Source of the DNA: Bacilli bacterium
GTDB taxonomy: Bacteria; Bacillota_I; Bacilli_A; ML615J-28; CAG-313
Direction of reading: 5' to 3'
Length of the DNA: 64,000 bases
NCBI GenBank assembly: GCA_045652765.1
Contig: JAZOLG010000020.1
Span: forward strand, 69,633 to 133,632
The number at the start of each line of letters is the position of its first letter. The first letter of the stretch is position 1. Shown piece by piece: positions 18,415-29,700 of this stretch. Under the pieces are notes generated by a model. The model ran no database searches and had not been told where the DNA came from. It saw only the letters and a program-made list of their open reading frames with translations. A program made the translations under genes and the position numbers.

Positions 18415-21400
18415 GAAGAAAAAACTCTTAATATTTTCAATTGCTGCACTTTTGGTAATTGCTGCAATCGTACTGATTGGACAACTAACAAAAGAAAAAC
18501 CACTTGAATATACTTACAATCATAGTGCTAACACAGTTGCAAGTATTGAAAATGGTGACTACGCAACATATTTAAGCCAATTGAAAAAACATTTAGGCTT
18601 AAAAGATACTGATGATATTGAGACTCCTCAAAACAAAGCAAAGATTAATGGTGTTGATTATTTCGAAAACGCAAGTGAAATAATTTCAACAACTGCTAAT
18701 CATGAGGCAAAAGTAATTACGGCTTATACTACTGCTGGAGATAGTTTTATTTATGAAGATGGCAAAAAAGTTTCATTGGAAAATATTAACACTCTTATGG
18801 TAGGTAATACAAATGACTTAGTTTACAAAGTAAATATTGATAAAGCTGGTAATTACAACATTGTTGTTAACTATGTAACAACAGATGGTTTAAACACAAT
18901 TTATAGTAGTTTCTCATCTTCTATTGAAAGAAAATTAACTTTAATTACTGGTGATGAAGCTATCAATAAAATCTTTGAAGAAAACATGGGTAATCAAAGT
19001 TATGTATTCTCAAGAGTTTGGAAAAGAGATCCAGGACAAGATAAAACTACAGATATTACAGTTTCTGAATTATCAAAATATGACACTAAACATTCATATT
19101 TAAGTTTAGCAGCAGATACTAAAGGTAATGATGTTAAACCATCTCAAAAAGAAGAAAATAACATTTATGTTTCAGCATATTTATCTGACTACATGGGATA
19201 TGTAACTGAACCATATCAATATTATTTTACTCAAGGTGAAAATACATTAGTGTTCTCAGCTATAAAAGAAAGTATTCAAATTGTAAGTGTAGAAATCCTA
19301 CCTGTTGAAGATACTCCTTCATACAAAGAATATTTAGATGAACATCAAAACGCTGTTAATTCTGCACCTAGCAATTATAGCTACCGTGTAGAAGGTGAAG
19401 CATCTAAATATACTTCATCTCCAACATTAAATCCTATTACAGATAGAACTAGCTCAAACACTTATCCATTCAGTATTAAAAATACTAAATTAAATTCAAT
19501 AGGTGGAGATAGCTGGAAAGTTCTTGGCGACTGGATTATTTGGGAATTTGAAGTTCCTGCTGATGGTTGGTATAATATTTCTTTAAGAGCACGTCAAAAT
19601 CTTGTTCGTGGTATGTACTCTCATAGAAAAGTTTATATTGACAATCAAATTCCATTTGAAGAATTAAAACAAACAGTTTTCCAATTCTCTTCTGATTGGC
19701 AAAATGTTACTTTAGGTTCAAATGATACTGGTGAACCTTTTAAATTCTATCTAAAAGCTGGTAAACACCAAGTTAAGATGGAAGTTACTCTTGGAGTTTA
19801 TGGTGAACTTGTTGAAGAACTTGAAAATATCACAGGTGATTTAAATAAATTATACTTAGATATTATCAAATATACAACAGCTTCTCCAGATACAAACCGT
19901 GACTACAACTTACACAACATGGAAAGCTTCGGAGATTTAAATCTTATGAAGAGACTTGAAGATGCGTCTTTAAGACTTCAAGTTGTTTCAAAAGAAATTG
20001 CAAGAATCTCAAGTAAGAATGCTGACAAAGAAGATACAGTTGGTGATGGTGAAATTTACGAAGATGGTAAGAGTGACAAAACAGGGGTTATCGATACTCT
20101 TGTTGAACAATTAAATTTATTCTTAGAAAATCCAAATAAATTAACAAAACAATTAAGTTCATTTAGTACAAACGTATCAAGCTTAGGTACATTACTTTCA
20201 ACTTTACAAGAGTTCCCATTAACTGTTGACTATCTTGCGGTATATGCGGCTGATGGAGACTACAAAATGCAAAAACCTAATGAAGGATTCTTCAAAAGAA
20301 TTTGGAATTCTATCGTTAGTTTCTTCTACTCATTCATTATTGACTATTCTGAAATCGGTTCATTAAGTGCTGATAAAATAGAAGGTGTTCAAGAAGTTGA
20401 AATTGAAGTTTGGATGACAATGGGTCGTGACCAAGCGAACGTAATTAGAAAATTAATTGACACACAATTCTTAAAAAATGAAGAAGATTTACCAATTATT
20501 AATGGTAAGAAAACTCACATCTCTGTTAATTTAAAATTAACTGGTGCTGACGTATTATTAAGAGCATCACTTGCTGGAGTTGGTCCTGAAGTAGCAATCA
20601 ACGTAGATTCTAGTTTACCTGTTAACTACGGTCTTCGTGGAGCAGCTTTAGACTTACAAGAAGCATTCGGTGATGACTTTACACAACATGTAAATGCTAA
20701 CTTTAAACCAAGTTCTATCAGACAATTTACATTTAATGGTGGAACTTATGCATTGCCAGAAAAACAATTATTTATGATGATGTTCGTAAGAACAGACATT
20801 ATGGAAGAATTATATGGTGAGTCTTGGGAAAGTCATATTCCACAAACTTGGGATGAAGTACTTTCTATGATGACAGACTTACAAACTGATGCATTACAAT
20901 TCTATCTACCAGTTAACGAAGCGGGTGCTTCAGCTCTTAACCCAGCATTTGTAAGTATGTTATATCAACGTGGTGGTAGACTTTATTCAACAGATGCAAA
21001 AGAAAGTGGATTATTAAGTAATGAAAAAATTGACGAAAATGGTCAAACATTAAGTCAAATTGGTATGGATACATTTGAGTATTGGACAGACTTCTATACT
21101 AAATATTCATTCCCACTATCTGCTTCATTCCTTAACCGTTTCCGTTCAGGGGAAATGCCTATCGGTATTTCATACTATGAAATGTACAATACTTTAGCGG
21201 TATTCGCTCCAGAAATTCGTGGTGACTGGGCATTCTATCCAGTTCCTGGAACATTAACTCAAGTAACTGATGATGAAGGTAACATTCATGAAGTTATCAA
21301 TCATACATCTGTAGCATCTGGTTCAGGTGCAATCATTACAGCTAAAAATGCTGAAAGAGATGAACTTAAAAAATATGCTGCATGGGAGTTCTTAAAATGG

Positions 21401-21829
21401 TGGACATCAACAGATATTCAAAGTAACTTCGGTAAAGAAATGGAAGGTATCTTAGGTATCTCTGCTCGTCATGCTACTGCTAACTTTAATGCGTTCCGTA
21501 AATTAGCTTGGCCTCAAGCTGATATGGAAATCTTATTAAAACAATGGGGTGTTGTTACTGATCGTAATAATCAATTAACAATGACTATTGATGGTGAAGA
21601 ATACTTATATGAAATTATTGACGGTGTTAAACATTTATATGGTGTTCGTGAAATTCCACAAATCGCCGGAAGTTATATCACTGGTCGTGAAATCGAAAAT
21701 GCTTATCGTACTGTAATTAACAAAAACGTTAATGCTAAAGAAACATTATATAAATTTGCACAAAATATTAATAACGAAATTGACCGTAAACGTGAAGAAT
21801 TCGGTTTACCACTAAAAGACGATAAATAG
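18407..21829 (+). CDS. Giant (1140 aa) membrane-anchored ABC substrate-binding protein with CBM-like beta-sandwich inserts
   Basis: N-terminal TM LLIFSIAALLVIAAIVLIGQL. Two CBM6/35-like modules (KAGNYNIVVNYV...; YRVEGEASKY...DGWYNISLRARQ...KAGKHQVKMEV). The C-terminal 500 aa or so resemble a family-1 solute-binding protein. Overlaps the GH20 gene by 8 nt. Confidence 0.6.
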   Translation: MSKKKKLLIFSIAALLVIAAIVLIGQLTKEKPLEYTYNHSANTVASIENGDYATYLSQLKKHLGLKDTDDIETPQNKAKINGVDYFENASEIISTTANHEAKVITAYTTAGDSFIYEDGKKVSLENINTLMVGNTNDLVYKVNIDKAGNYNIVVNYVTTDGLNTIYSSFSSSIERKLTLITGDEAINKIFEENMGNQSYVFSRVWKRDPGQDKTTDITVSELSKYDTKHSYLSLAADTKGNDVKPSQKEENNIYVSAYLSDYMGYVTEPYQYYFTQGENTLVFSAIKESIQIVSVEILPVEDTPSYKEYLDEHQNAVNSAPSNYSYRVEGEASKYTSSPTLNPITDRTSSNTYPFSIKNTKLNSIGGDSWKVLGDWIIWEFEVPADGWYNISLRARQNLVRGMYSHRKVYIDNQIPFEELKQTVFQFSSDWQNVTLGSNDTGEPFKFYLKAGKHQVKMEVTLGVYGELVEELENITGDLNKLYLDIIKYTTASPDTNRDYNLHNMESFGDLNLMKRLEDASLRLQVVSKEIARISSKNADKEDTVGDGEIYEDGKSDKTGVIDTLVEQLNLFLENPNKLTKQLSSFSTNVSSLGTLLSTLQEFPLTVDYLAVYAADGDYKMQKPNEGFFKRIWNSIVSFFYSFIIDYSEIGSLSADKIEGVQEVEIEVWMTMGRDQANVIRKLIDTQFLKNEEDLPIINGKKTHISVNLKLTGADVLLRASLAGVGPEVAINVDSSLPVNYGLRGAALDLQEAFGDDFTQHVNANFKPSSIRQFTFNGGTYALPEKQLFMMMFVRTDIMEELYGESWESHIPQTWDEVLSMMTDLQTDALQFYLPVNEAGASALNPAFVSMLYQRGGRLYSTDAKESGLLSNEKIDENGQTLSQIGMDTFEYWTDFYTKYSFPLSASFLNRFRSGEMPIGISYYEMYNTLAVFAPEIRGDWAFYPVPGTLTQVTDDEGNIHEVINHTSVASGSGAIITAKNAERDELKKYAAWEFLKWWTSTDIQSNFGKEMEGILGISARHATANFNAFRKLAWPQADMEILLKQWGVVTDRNNQLTMTIDGEEYLYEIIDGVKHLYGVREIPQIAGSYITGREIENAYRTVINKNVNAKETLYKFAQNINNEIDRKREEFGLPLKDDK

Positions 21830-21847
21830 AAATAGGAGGAAATAAAT

Positions 21848-23200
21848 ATGAAAATCTTTTTATATGTTGCATTCTCATTAATATTTGCTCTTATTACTTA
21901 TAAATTCGTAAAAGTTATTCTAAAGAATCAAAAATTGAACAAAAATAAAGTTCAATTAACTCGTGCAGAAAAACAAAAAATTGCGATTGAAAAGAAAGAA
22001 AATCGTTCTGAAGAAAAACGTTTATTACGTGAAGCAATGGCACAAAAGAAAGCTGAATGGAAAGCTGAAGATGCCGCTGCTGATGCTGAAGCAAAGCAAA
22101 ATATTATTGATTTGAAACAACAAATTGAAGAAGCAAAACCAATCTGGGAAGAGTATCATAAACGCTATAAAGAAAACCCAGAAGATGAAAAAGCTGTTGA
22201 AGAATATTTCGAATATAATAAGTTCTACAACCGCTTATTACAAAAATTACGTATTGAAAAAGAACGTGTATCTCTAACTCGTAAAATGGAACGTTGGAGT
22301 AAACGTGGAGGTAGATTACGTAGGGAAATTTTCATTAAGAGACAATACTACTATTTAGTAGCTCCTTATGTAATTTTATTCTTTGTATTTACAGTTTTAC
22401 CTGTAGTAATCTCATTAGTATTGAGTTTTACAAACTTTAACCTATTAGAGTTCCCAGACTTTGTAGGTTGGACAAACTACATGCGTTTGTTCGTAGATGA
22501 TGAAAACTTTATGACAGCTATTAAAAATACATTAATCTTAGCTGTTGTAACAGGTCCATTAAGTTATTTAATGGCTTTCGTATTTGCGTGGTTAATTAAT
22601 GAACTTCGTCCAAGACTTCGTTCATTCATGACATTAATTTTCTATGCACCATCTATTTCAGGTTCTGCATACTTAGTATGGAAATTAATCTTCTCAAGTG
22701 ATAGTTATGGTTACGCAAATGCATACTTAATTAAATTTGGTATTTTAAATGAACCAGTTCAATGGTTACAAAATGAAACGTACATAATTTGGATCATCAT
22801 GATCGTACAATTATGGTTAAGTTTAGGTGTAAGTTTCTTATCATTCATTGCCGGTTTACAAGGTGTTGATAAAACATTATACGAAGCAGGTGCAATTGAT
22901 GGTATTAGAAACCGTTGGCAAGAGTTATGGTTTATAACTTTACCACAAATGAAATCACAATTAATGTTCGGGGCCGTAATGCAAATTACATCAAGTTTAT
23001 CTATTGCTGATGTATCAGTTCAGATGGCAGGTTTCCCATCAGTCAACTACGCCGGACATACAATTATCACTCACTTGATGGACTATGGTAACATCCGTAT
23101 GGAAATGGGTTACGCATCAGCCATCGCAACAGTACTATTCCTAATCATGATACTTGCAAATATGTTAGTACGTAAAATTTTAAGAAGGGTAGGTAGCTAA
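21848..23200 (+). CDS. CUT1-type sugar ABC transporter permease (MalF-like) with about 170-aa charged N-terminal extension
   Basis: C-terminal 280 aa or so show the typical six-TM permease and EAA-type loop (YEAGAIDGIRNRWQELWFITLPQM). The N-terminus has one TM followed by a Lys/Glu-rich helical region. Confidence 0.8.
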   Translation: MKIFLYVAFSLIFALITYKFVKVILKNQKLNKNKVQLTRAEKQKIAIEKKENRSEEKRLLREAMAQKKAEWKAEDAAADAEAKQNIIDLKQQIEEAKPIWEEYHKRYKENPEDEKAVEEYFEYNKFYNRLLQKLRIEKERVSLTRKMERWSKRGGRLRREIFIKRQYYYLVAPYVILFFVFTVLPVVISLVLSFTNFNLLEFPDFVGWTNYMRLFVDDENFMTAIKNTLILAVVTGPLSYLMAFVFAWLINELRPRLRSFMTLIFYAPSISGSAYLVWKLIFSSDSYGYANAYLIKFGILNEPVQWLQNETYIIWIIMIVQLWLSLGVSFLSFIAGLQGVDKTLYEAGAIDGIRNRWQELWFITLPQMKSQLMFGAVMQITSSLSIADVSVQMAGFPSVNYAGHTIITHLMDYGNIRMEMGYASAIATVLFLIMILANMLVRKILRRVGS

Positions 23201-23202
23201 TA

Positions 23203-24216
23203 ATGGCAGATAAATTTGATGATGCAATTGGCGGTGCGGAGTTATCCAAAGCCGAGTTAAAAAGTATTAAACGTCAACAAAAATTAGCCAAAAAATATGG
23301 TATTCGTGATGAAGCTACCATGGGCAAAGTTGAACGATTCTTCTATTTACGTGCTAAGAAAAGAAGAATTAAGAAAAAGAAAAGAATGAGCAGAAGTTTA
23401 GGTGGAGACATTGCTTTATTCATGATGTTGTTATTCTTTGGTTTATTTAGTGCTTACCCACTAGTTTACTCAATCAATGCTGCATTTAAACCTTTAAATG
23501 AATTATTCATTTTCCCACCAAGATTATTCGTACAAAACCCTACAACAGATAACTTTACAGACCTTGCAATGTTGATGCAAGACTCTTGGGTTCCTTTCTC
23601 AAGATATTTCTTTAATACAATCTTCATTACATTAATGGGTACAATTGGTCACGTAATCATTGCTTCAATGGCTGCGTATCCTCTTGCAAAACATAGATTC
23701 CCAGGTAGTAAAGTAATTTTCGGTTTAGTAGTTTATTCTTTAATGTTCGCTGCACAAGTTACAGCAACACCTAAATACATTATCTTTAGTGTTTTAGGAC
23801 TTGTAGATACTCAATGGGCTATTATTATTCCAGCCTTTGCTTATTCATTAGGTCTATACTTGATGAAACAGTTTATGGATGATATTCCAATGGAATTAAT
23901 TGAATCAGCAAAAATTGATGGTGCAAACGAATTCCAAATTTACTGGCGTATAGTTATGCCACTAGTAAAACCAGCATGGTTAACACTTATTATTCTATTA
24001 TTCCAACAATTATGGAATAACGATGGTGGAACATTCATTTATAGTGAACAATTAAAACCATTAAGTTACTCACTACACCAAATCGTTGCCGGTGGTGTTG
24101 CGAGAACAGGTAGTGCCTCTGCCGTTATCTTAATTATGATGATTGTGCCAATTACTGTCTTTGTATTATCACAAAGTCAAATCATTGAAACAATGGCGCA
24201 TTCAGGTATGAAGTAG
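23203..24216 (+). CDS. CUT1-type carbohydrate ABC transporter permease (MalG-like) with basic N-terminal extension
   Basis: EAA loop ESAKIDGANEFQIYWRIVMPLVKP. About 65-aa N-terminal extension containing KKRRIKKKKR. Confidence 0.8.
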   Translation: MADKFDDAIGGAELSKAELKSIKRQQKLAKKYGIRDEATMGKVERFFYLRAKKRRIKKKKRMSRSLGGDIALFMMLLFFGLFSAYPLVYSINAAFKPLNELFIFPPRLFVQNPTTDNFTDLAMLMQDSWVPFSRYFFNTIFITLMGTIGHVIIASMAAYPLAKHRFPGSKVIFGLVVYSLMFAAQVTATPKYIIFSVLGLVDTQWAIIIPAFAYSLGLYLMKQFMDDIPMELIESAKIDGANEFQIYWRIVMPLVKPAWLTLIILLFQQLWNNDGGTFIYSEQLKPLSYSLHQIVAGGVARTGSASAVILIMMIVPITVFVLSQSQIIETMAHSGMK

Positions 24217-24228
24217 GAGGTACAAAAA

Positions 24229-26112
24229 ATGAAAAAGAAAATATTATTTTTAACAATTTTATTAACATTCTTACTTGTACCAACATTCGTAATTGGTGCA
24301 TACTCTTACAACTATGATTTCTTTAAAAATCCAATTTATTCAAGTGAAGGTTTAACTTTCAAAGATGCAATTGACTTTAATGAAATCTTTAAAAATGGTG
24401 ATTCATTTACAGATTCTGAAAACTTTATCGGTGGTACAGTAATTGATCACTTCATTGATTTATCTGACTTAGCTGTTTACGAAGATGAAATATATGTACT
24501 TGATGGTGCATCTACAGCATCTAAAAAAGATGTAATTGAGTTTACAGTTAATGCAAGAAAACAAGAAGATGTAGATAAAAATCCTGAAGCTTCTGCAAGT
24601 GAACAAAAAGTTCAAGTTTACAAAAATAGTGGAATCTATTTATTAAATCCAGATTACACAATTAAAGACAGAATGAACGTATTTGAAATTACAGATGAAG
24701 CTGCAAAAGCATTAGCAGAATCTTATTACTATGAACTAAAAGATGGTAAGAGAGAATACTTATTTGATTCAGAACATCCTGAAAAGGTTACAATTGAACA
24801 AATTCAAGCAGCTACAATTTTAATTGACAAAAACAATAAAGTTATTCGTGCTCCATTCTTTGCATATGATATTAATCCTAGTGAAGACGGATACGAAACA
24901 TGTGTAATGTTAAACTCTGCAAATGGTTTATACGTTACAAAAGATTATATTTATGTAGCAGATTCTGGTAATGCAAGAATTCTTGGTATTCGTAAGTCTG
25001 ACTACGTTGTAGATAAAGTGTACACTACACCTAATGATGAAGGTACATTCTACATGTTCGATTATGCTGATGAAGCAACAACAAAAATTTTATATCAACC
25101 TTCAAAAATTGTTGTAGACGATTCTGGTCGTTTATATACAATCGCAACTAATACATACCAAGGTATTATTGAATACAATCAAGATTCTGAATTCAATCGT
25201 TTCTTAGGTAAAAACTTAGTTACAAAACGTTCTTGGTGGTCATTCTTATTAAGTGAAGAACAATATGCTAAACTATCACTTAACTTACCATCAGAATTTA
25301 CAAATTTAACACTTGACGATCGTCAATTAATTTATGCTACTGCTCAACCAGACCCATCTGCAACAACAGCAGCAGAAATGATTAAACTTATTAATACATC
25401 TGGTAAAGACGTATTAAAACGTAATGGATATGTTACACCTGATGGTGATATTAAATATGCATCATACGTTAAACCAGCCGTTGAAGGATCTTCTAAGTTT
25501 ACAGCAATCGATGTAAATAAAGACCGTATCTATTCAGTAGCTGATAGAACAAGAGGTCGTATTTTCACATATGATGAAGAAGGTAACTTACTTTATGTAT
25601 CTGGTGAAAAAGGTGATCTAGAAAGTAATATTAAAAATCCAGTAGCTTTAAGATATTTCAATGTATCTGATTCAACTGGTGAAAACACTTTAGAATATGT
25701 ATTGTTACTTGACCAAGGCGCAGGTACAGTTATGGTTTACGAAACTACTCAGTTTGGTAAATTAGTAAATGAAGCTACAAGCTTATATTTAAGAAATGAT
25801 ATTCATGGTGCCAAAGCTAAGTGGGAAGAAGTTTCTAAGATGAATAGTAACTATGAACTTGCTTATGTTGGTATCGGTAAGAGCTTATTAAGAAATGGCG
25901 ATTACAAAGAAGCTATGGTAAACTTTGAATTAGGTCACAATGCTGAATATTATTCAGACGCATTCAAACTTTATCGTAATGATTTAATTAAAGAACACTT
26001 TGGAATTCTTATGACAGGAATTGTTATTATTTGTGTAGCAGGTGTTGCATTAACAGTTTCTAAAAAGATTTACAAAAGAAATCTAGAAAGATCACAAAGG
26101 GAGGAAGCGTAA
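24229..26112 (+). CDS. Exported NHL-like beta-propeller / TPR protein with C-terminal TM anchor
   Basis: Signal/anchor at the N-terminus. Repeats of NHL type (YIYVADSGNARILGI, VVDDSGRLYTIA, IYSVADRTRGRIFTYDEEGNLLYVSG). TPR-like helices follow, then TM GILMTGIVIICVAGVALTV and a charged tail. Confidence 0.5.
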   Translation: MKKKILFLTILLTFLLVPTFVIGAYSYNYDFFKNPIYSSEGLTFKDAIDFNEIFKNGDSFTDSENFIGGTVIDHFIDLSDLAVYEDEIYVLDGASTASKKDVIEFTVNARKQEDVDKNPEASASEQKVQVYKNSGIYLLNPDYTIKDRMNVFEITDEAAKALAESYYYELKDGKREYLFDSEHPEKVTIEQIQAATILIDKNNKVIRAPFFAYDINPSEDGYETCVMLNSANGLYVTKDYIYVADSGNARILGIRKSDYVVDKVYTTPNDEGTFYMFDYADEATTKILYQPSKIVVDDSGRLYTIATNTYQGIIEYNQDSEFNRFLGKNLVTKRSWWSFLLSEEQYAKLSLNLPSEFTNLTLDDRQLIYATAQPDPSATTAAEMIKLINTSGKDVLKRNGYVTPDGDIKYASYVKPAVEGSSKFTAIDVNKDRIYSVADRTRGRIFTYDEEGNLLYVSGEKGDLESNIKNPVALRYFNVSDSTGENTLEYVLLLDQGAGTVMVYETTQFGKLVNEATSLYLRNDIHGAKAKWEEVSKMNSNYELAYVGIGKSLLRNGDYKEAMVNFELGHNAEYYSDAFKLYRNDLIKEHFGILMTGIVIICVAGVALTVSKKIYKRNLERSQREEA

Positions 26113-26775
26113 ATGAAAGTATTAAATTACATTAAAAAGTTATTAAGTGCTTTTTATGAAAACTTCGTTAAAGTTCCTCTAAGATTATTATCACATCCAG
26201 TACTTGGATATACAGAATTTAAAGAAGATAAAAAAGGCAAATTAAGTGTTGGTATCGGAATGGTATTAATTTATGCATTACTAACAATTATTCGTTATAA
26301 TACTGATGGTATCATTATCAACAAAAACGACCCTACAAAATTTAATAGTATTCTATTAATAGTTTATGCAGTAATGCCACTTGTAATTTTATCAGTTGCT
26401 AACTGGAGTATTTCAACTCTTATGGATGGTAAAGCAACTATGAAACAAATCTTTACAATGGGTGGTTATTCTTATTTTCCATTAATTATTTTTGGAATTA
26501 TCAACTTAGTATTAAGTAATGTATTAACTGTTGATGAAGCAGACATGATCGTTTTATTTACAGTTTTAGGTTTTGCGTTAACTGTTTATATGATTTTTAT
26601 GGGACTAGTAGTATTACAAGAATATGGTGTTGCGAAAGCTGTTTGGACTGTAATCCTTACAATTGTTGCAACTGCTGTTATTCTATTTATTGCACTTCTT
26701 GTCTTCGACTTATCACAACAAATATACGGTTTCTTCTACTCATTGTATAAAGAAATTGTATCGAGATTCTTATAG
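26113..26775 (+). CDS. Yip1-domain-like polytopic membrane protein
   Basis: 220 aa with five predicted TMs after a short N-terminal segment (LLSHPVLGYTEFKEDKKGK). Start is adjacent to the upstream stop. Family call is from memory of Firmicute Yip1 proteins. Confidence 0.5.
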   Translation: MKVLNYIKKLLSAFYENFVKVPLRLLSHPVLGYTEFKEDKKGKLSVGIGMVLIYALLTIIRYNTDGIIINKNDPTKFNSILLIVYAVMPLVILSVANWSISTLMDGKATMKQIFTMGGYSYFPLIIFGIINLVLSNVLTVDEADMIVLFTVLGFALTVYMIFMGLVVLQEYGVAKAVWTVILTIVATAVILFIALLVFDLSQQIYGFFYSLYKEIVSRFL

Positions 26776-26787
26776 GAGGTAGTCGAG

Positions 26788-29700
26788 ATGAAATTAAGAT
26801 GGCCTAAATTTTTAACAGTTAAAAGAACAATTTTATTTGCATTGTTATTATTTGTAATAATCTTTGCATTAGTTTATTTCTTCGGTGGTTATAAAGCTTC
26901 TGCTTTAAGTAGTGATTTGATGGAATTTAATCCTGATGGATTTAAGCACATTGATCAATATATCAAAGATGAAGAAGCAGATAATCAAGCAGAATTTGAT
27001 AAATTATTAAATGAGTTAACTGTAGCAAATTATGATGAAAAAATTGATGCTGTTATTGCAGCATGTACTACAGTAACTTATTTAAACCAATTAAATGCTA
27101 AACTTTCTGAATTGCAAAAAGCTGATGATGATAATGATGATAAATATCAACACAATCTTGATTCTAATTCATTAATCACAACAGAAGAGTTTGCAAAACA
27201 AACAATGAATGAATTCCGTCCATGTTTAGAAAAATTAGATGCAAATGGAACAGGTTATAAATTAGAATTGAATTACTTTACAACTCAATTTAAAATTATT
27301 CGTTTTGAAAAAGGCGAAAAAGTAAATGAATGGTATTCAAACCCTCAAAATACTGATTACACTGCTAGTGTTGGTTCAACACTTGCTAACCAAAAAAGTC
27401 CATTGATTCTTTATTACTACACACCAAATGGAGCTACTCTTCCATATAGTGCTTTTGAATATTCAATCAATGATAACCAAGGATCAGCGGAGGCTCCTAC
27501 ATACGTTGATCAAACATTTAGTTATGACATAGATCCAACAAATGGAACTCTACAAGTATATTATGAGTTACAATCTAAAGGACATAAGTATTATGACTAT
27601 CCAAAATATTTAACTCCTGAACGTGTTAATGAATTAATTCAACGTAACAAGGATTATGTTGCAGCTGAACTTGCTGCTTTTGATACAAAAAATATGAGTG
27701 AATTACAAGAATATTTTAATGATCATTACGCAGTAAGATATATTAAAAGACCAAATGAAATTGGTTCAAAACGTCAAGGACTTATTGGACCTGAATCATA
27801 TAAATATTTTGTAGAAAAATTTAAATACAATGATTCTGATTACAAAAATGTAAACATTGATAACATTGTTTCACGTTTTAAAAGTATGGTAGATGCTAAT
27901 AAAATTGAAGATGTCAGAAATTTATGTAAAATTATGTTTAGATTAGAATATGAATATACAGATTCTAAACATGAATTTGTTAAAGATGGAAATATCTTAA
28001 AGACTTCAGATGCTTCTGAATTCTTAAAAAACCAATATAAATTGGATGATACATTAAGTGACTCTGCTCATCCATTCCCATTCTATGAAATCGTAGATAA
28101 TTATGATGAAACTATGGGTTACAGATCTAGCCAATTTATTTCTCAAACATTAAAGAAATTCCAATATTCTGAAGAAGATTTAAAAGCTGATCAAGAATTA
28201 TTTGGAGTTGAAATTGTTTCAAATAAACCTTCATTTAAAGTTGGTGTACAATATTCATTAACAGATAAAGGATTTGAAGCAAAAGTTATTAACAACTCAC
28301 TTTCTGAGTCATTACCTGAAAAGTATCCAATCTATAAGATTGAAATACTTCCATATTTCTCAGCAATTAGTGCTGATTATGCTCCTTATCAATATGCCGA
28401 TGGTAAAAAACAAATTGATAAAATTAACACATTAGAATCTAATGGGTATATGGTTATTCCTGATGGTAGCGGTGGTATCATTAATTTAAATAATGGTAAA
28501 TTTGCTTATCAAAAACGTGTATATTCAACTGATTTAGCGTTTGTTGATGAAGTTAAAAAGACTGCTTCTGAAGATGTATTATTACCAATGTTTGGTTTAA
28601 CTTATGACTCTGTAGACTTCTCAAGTGTTGCTCCTGGAAAAGAAGGAGGCTTTAGAGGAAGCAGCGTTATCGCAAGAGCTACTCAAGGTGCTTCTCAAAT
28701 GATTCTAACAGCTGGTGTTAGTGCAGCAAGTGATGCTTATAACAGAATTTGCTTCGCTGCAACATATAGAGAATCACAAACAGTAACAATTGGTACTGGT
28801 TACTATGCTAACCCAGTTACTCAAGTTACTCCAACAAATGTAAAAACTGACTTTACTGTTGAGTATTCACTAATTAATGAACAAGGTTTAACATATTCTG
28901 ATATCGCAAAACGTTATCAAGAAATGTTATATGGTGATGTTTTAGAACAAAATGCTCAAGACAAAACTAATACTCCAGTTCTTAATGCTGAATATTTAGG
29001 TTTATATGACTATAAAACAAACTTCTTAGGTATTGTATATAATGGTCATGATAGTTTAACAACTTATTCACAAGCTATTGACGTAACTAAAAAATTACAA
29101 GAATGGGGCGCTGAAAAGATTAACGTAATGTATCTTGGATGGCAAGATTCTGGTTTAGTTAACGAAACATTTAATGATATGAAGTTTACAAAAGACTTAG
29201 GTAATAAGAAAGAACTTCAATCAATGTTAAATTATTTCAAAGAAAATGATGTAACACTTTATCCAAATGTTAGCTTCCTTGAAGTAAACAAAATAAACGA
29301 ATCATTTGGTAAGATTAGATATGCATCTCGTGACATTTCTAATGAATTTACTGAAAAATATCCATATGATTTAGCAAGTGGTGTTTTTGATAAAAAACAA
29401 CGTGCAATCTATACTATTTCTCCAAAATTCTTCGATGTATTCTCAAGTAATTTAGTGGAAAATTTCAAAAAGAATAATCCTGAACTTGAAAGTATGGCAT
29501 TCGAAAAATTAGGATCAAAAATTGTAGGTGACTACAAGAAAAAGAATGAATTCTTTAGATTCAATTCTGTTGTTGAACAAATTAATGTATTTGAAAAATT
29601 AAATGCTAACAACATTAAAAATTTAACATTAACTGCTCCTTATGAATTTGCAGTTAAATATGCTAATAACATTGTTGAATTACCTTATGAATCAACATTA

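Noticed and set aside
24229-26112. The C-terminal TM of the NHL/TPR protein as a sixth member of the Cys-tail family.
   Set aside because: Its tail lacks the Gly-rich/Cys motif, and a longer mixed-charge cytoplasmic segment (KKIYKRNLERSQREEA) follows the TM. It looks like an ordinary anchor.
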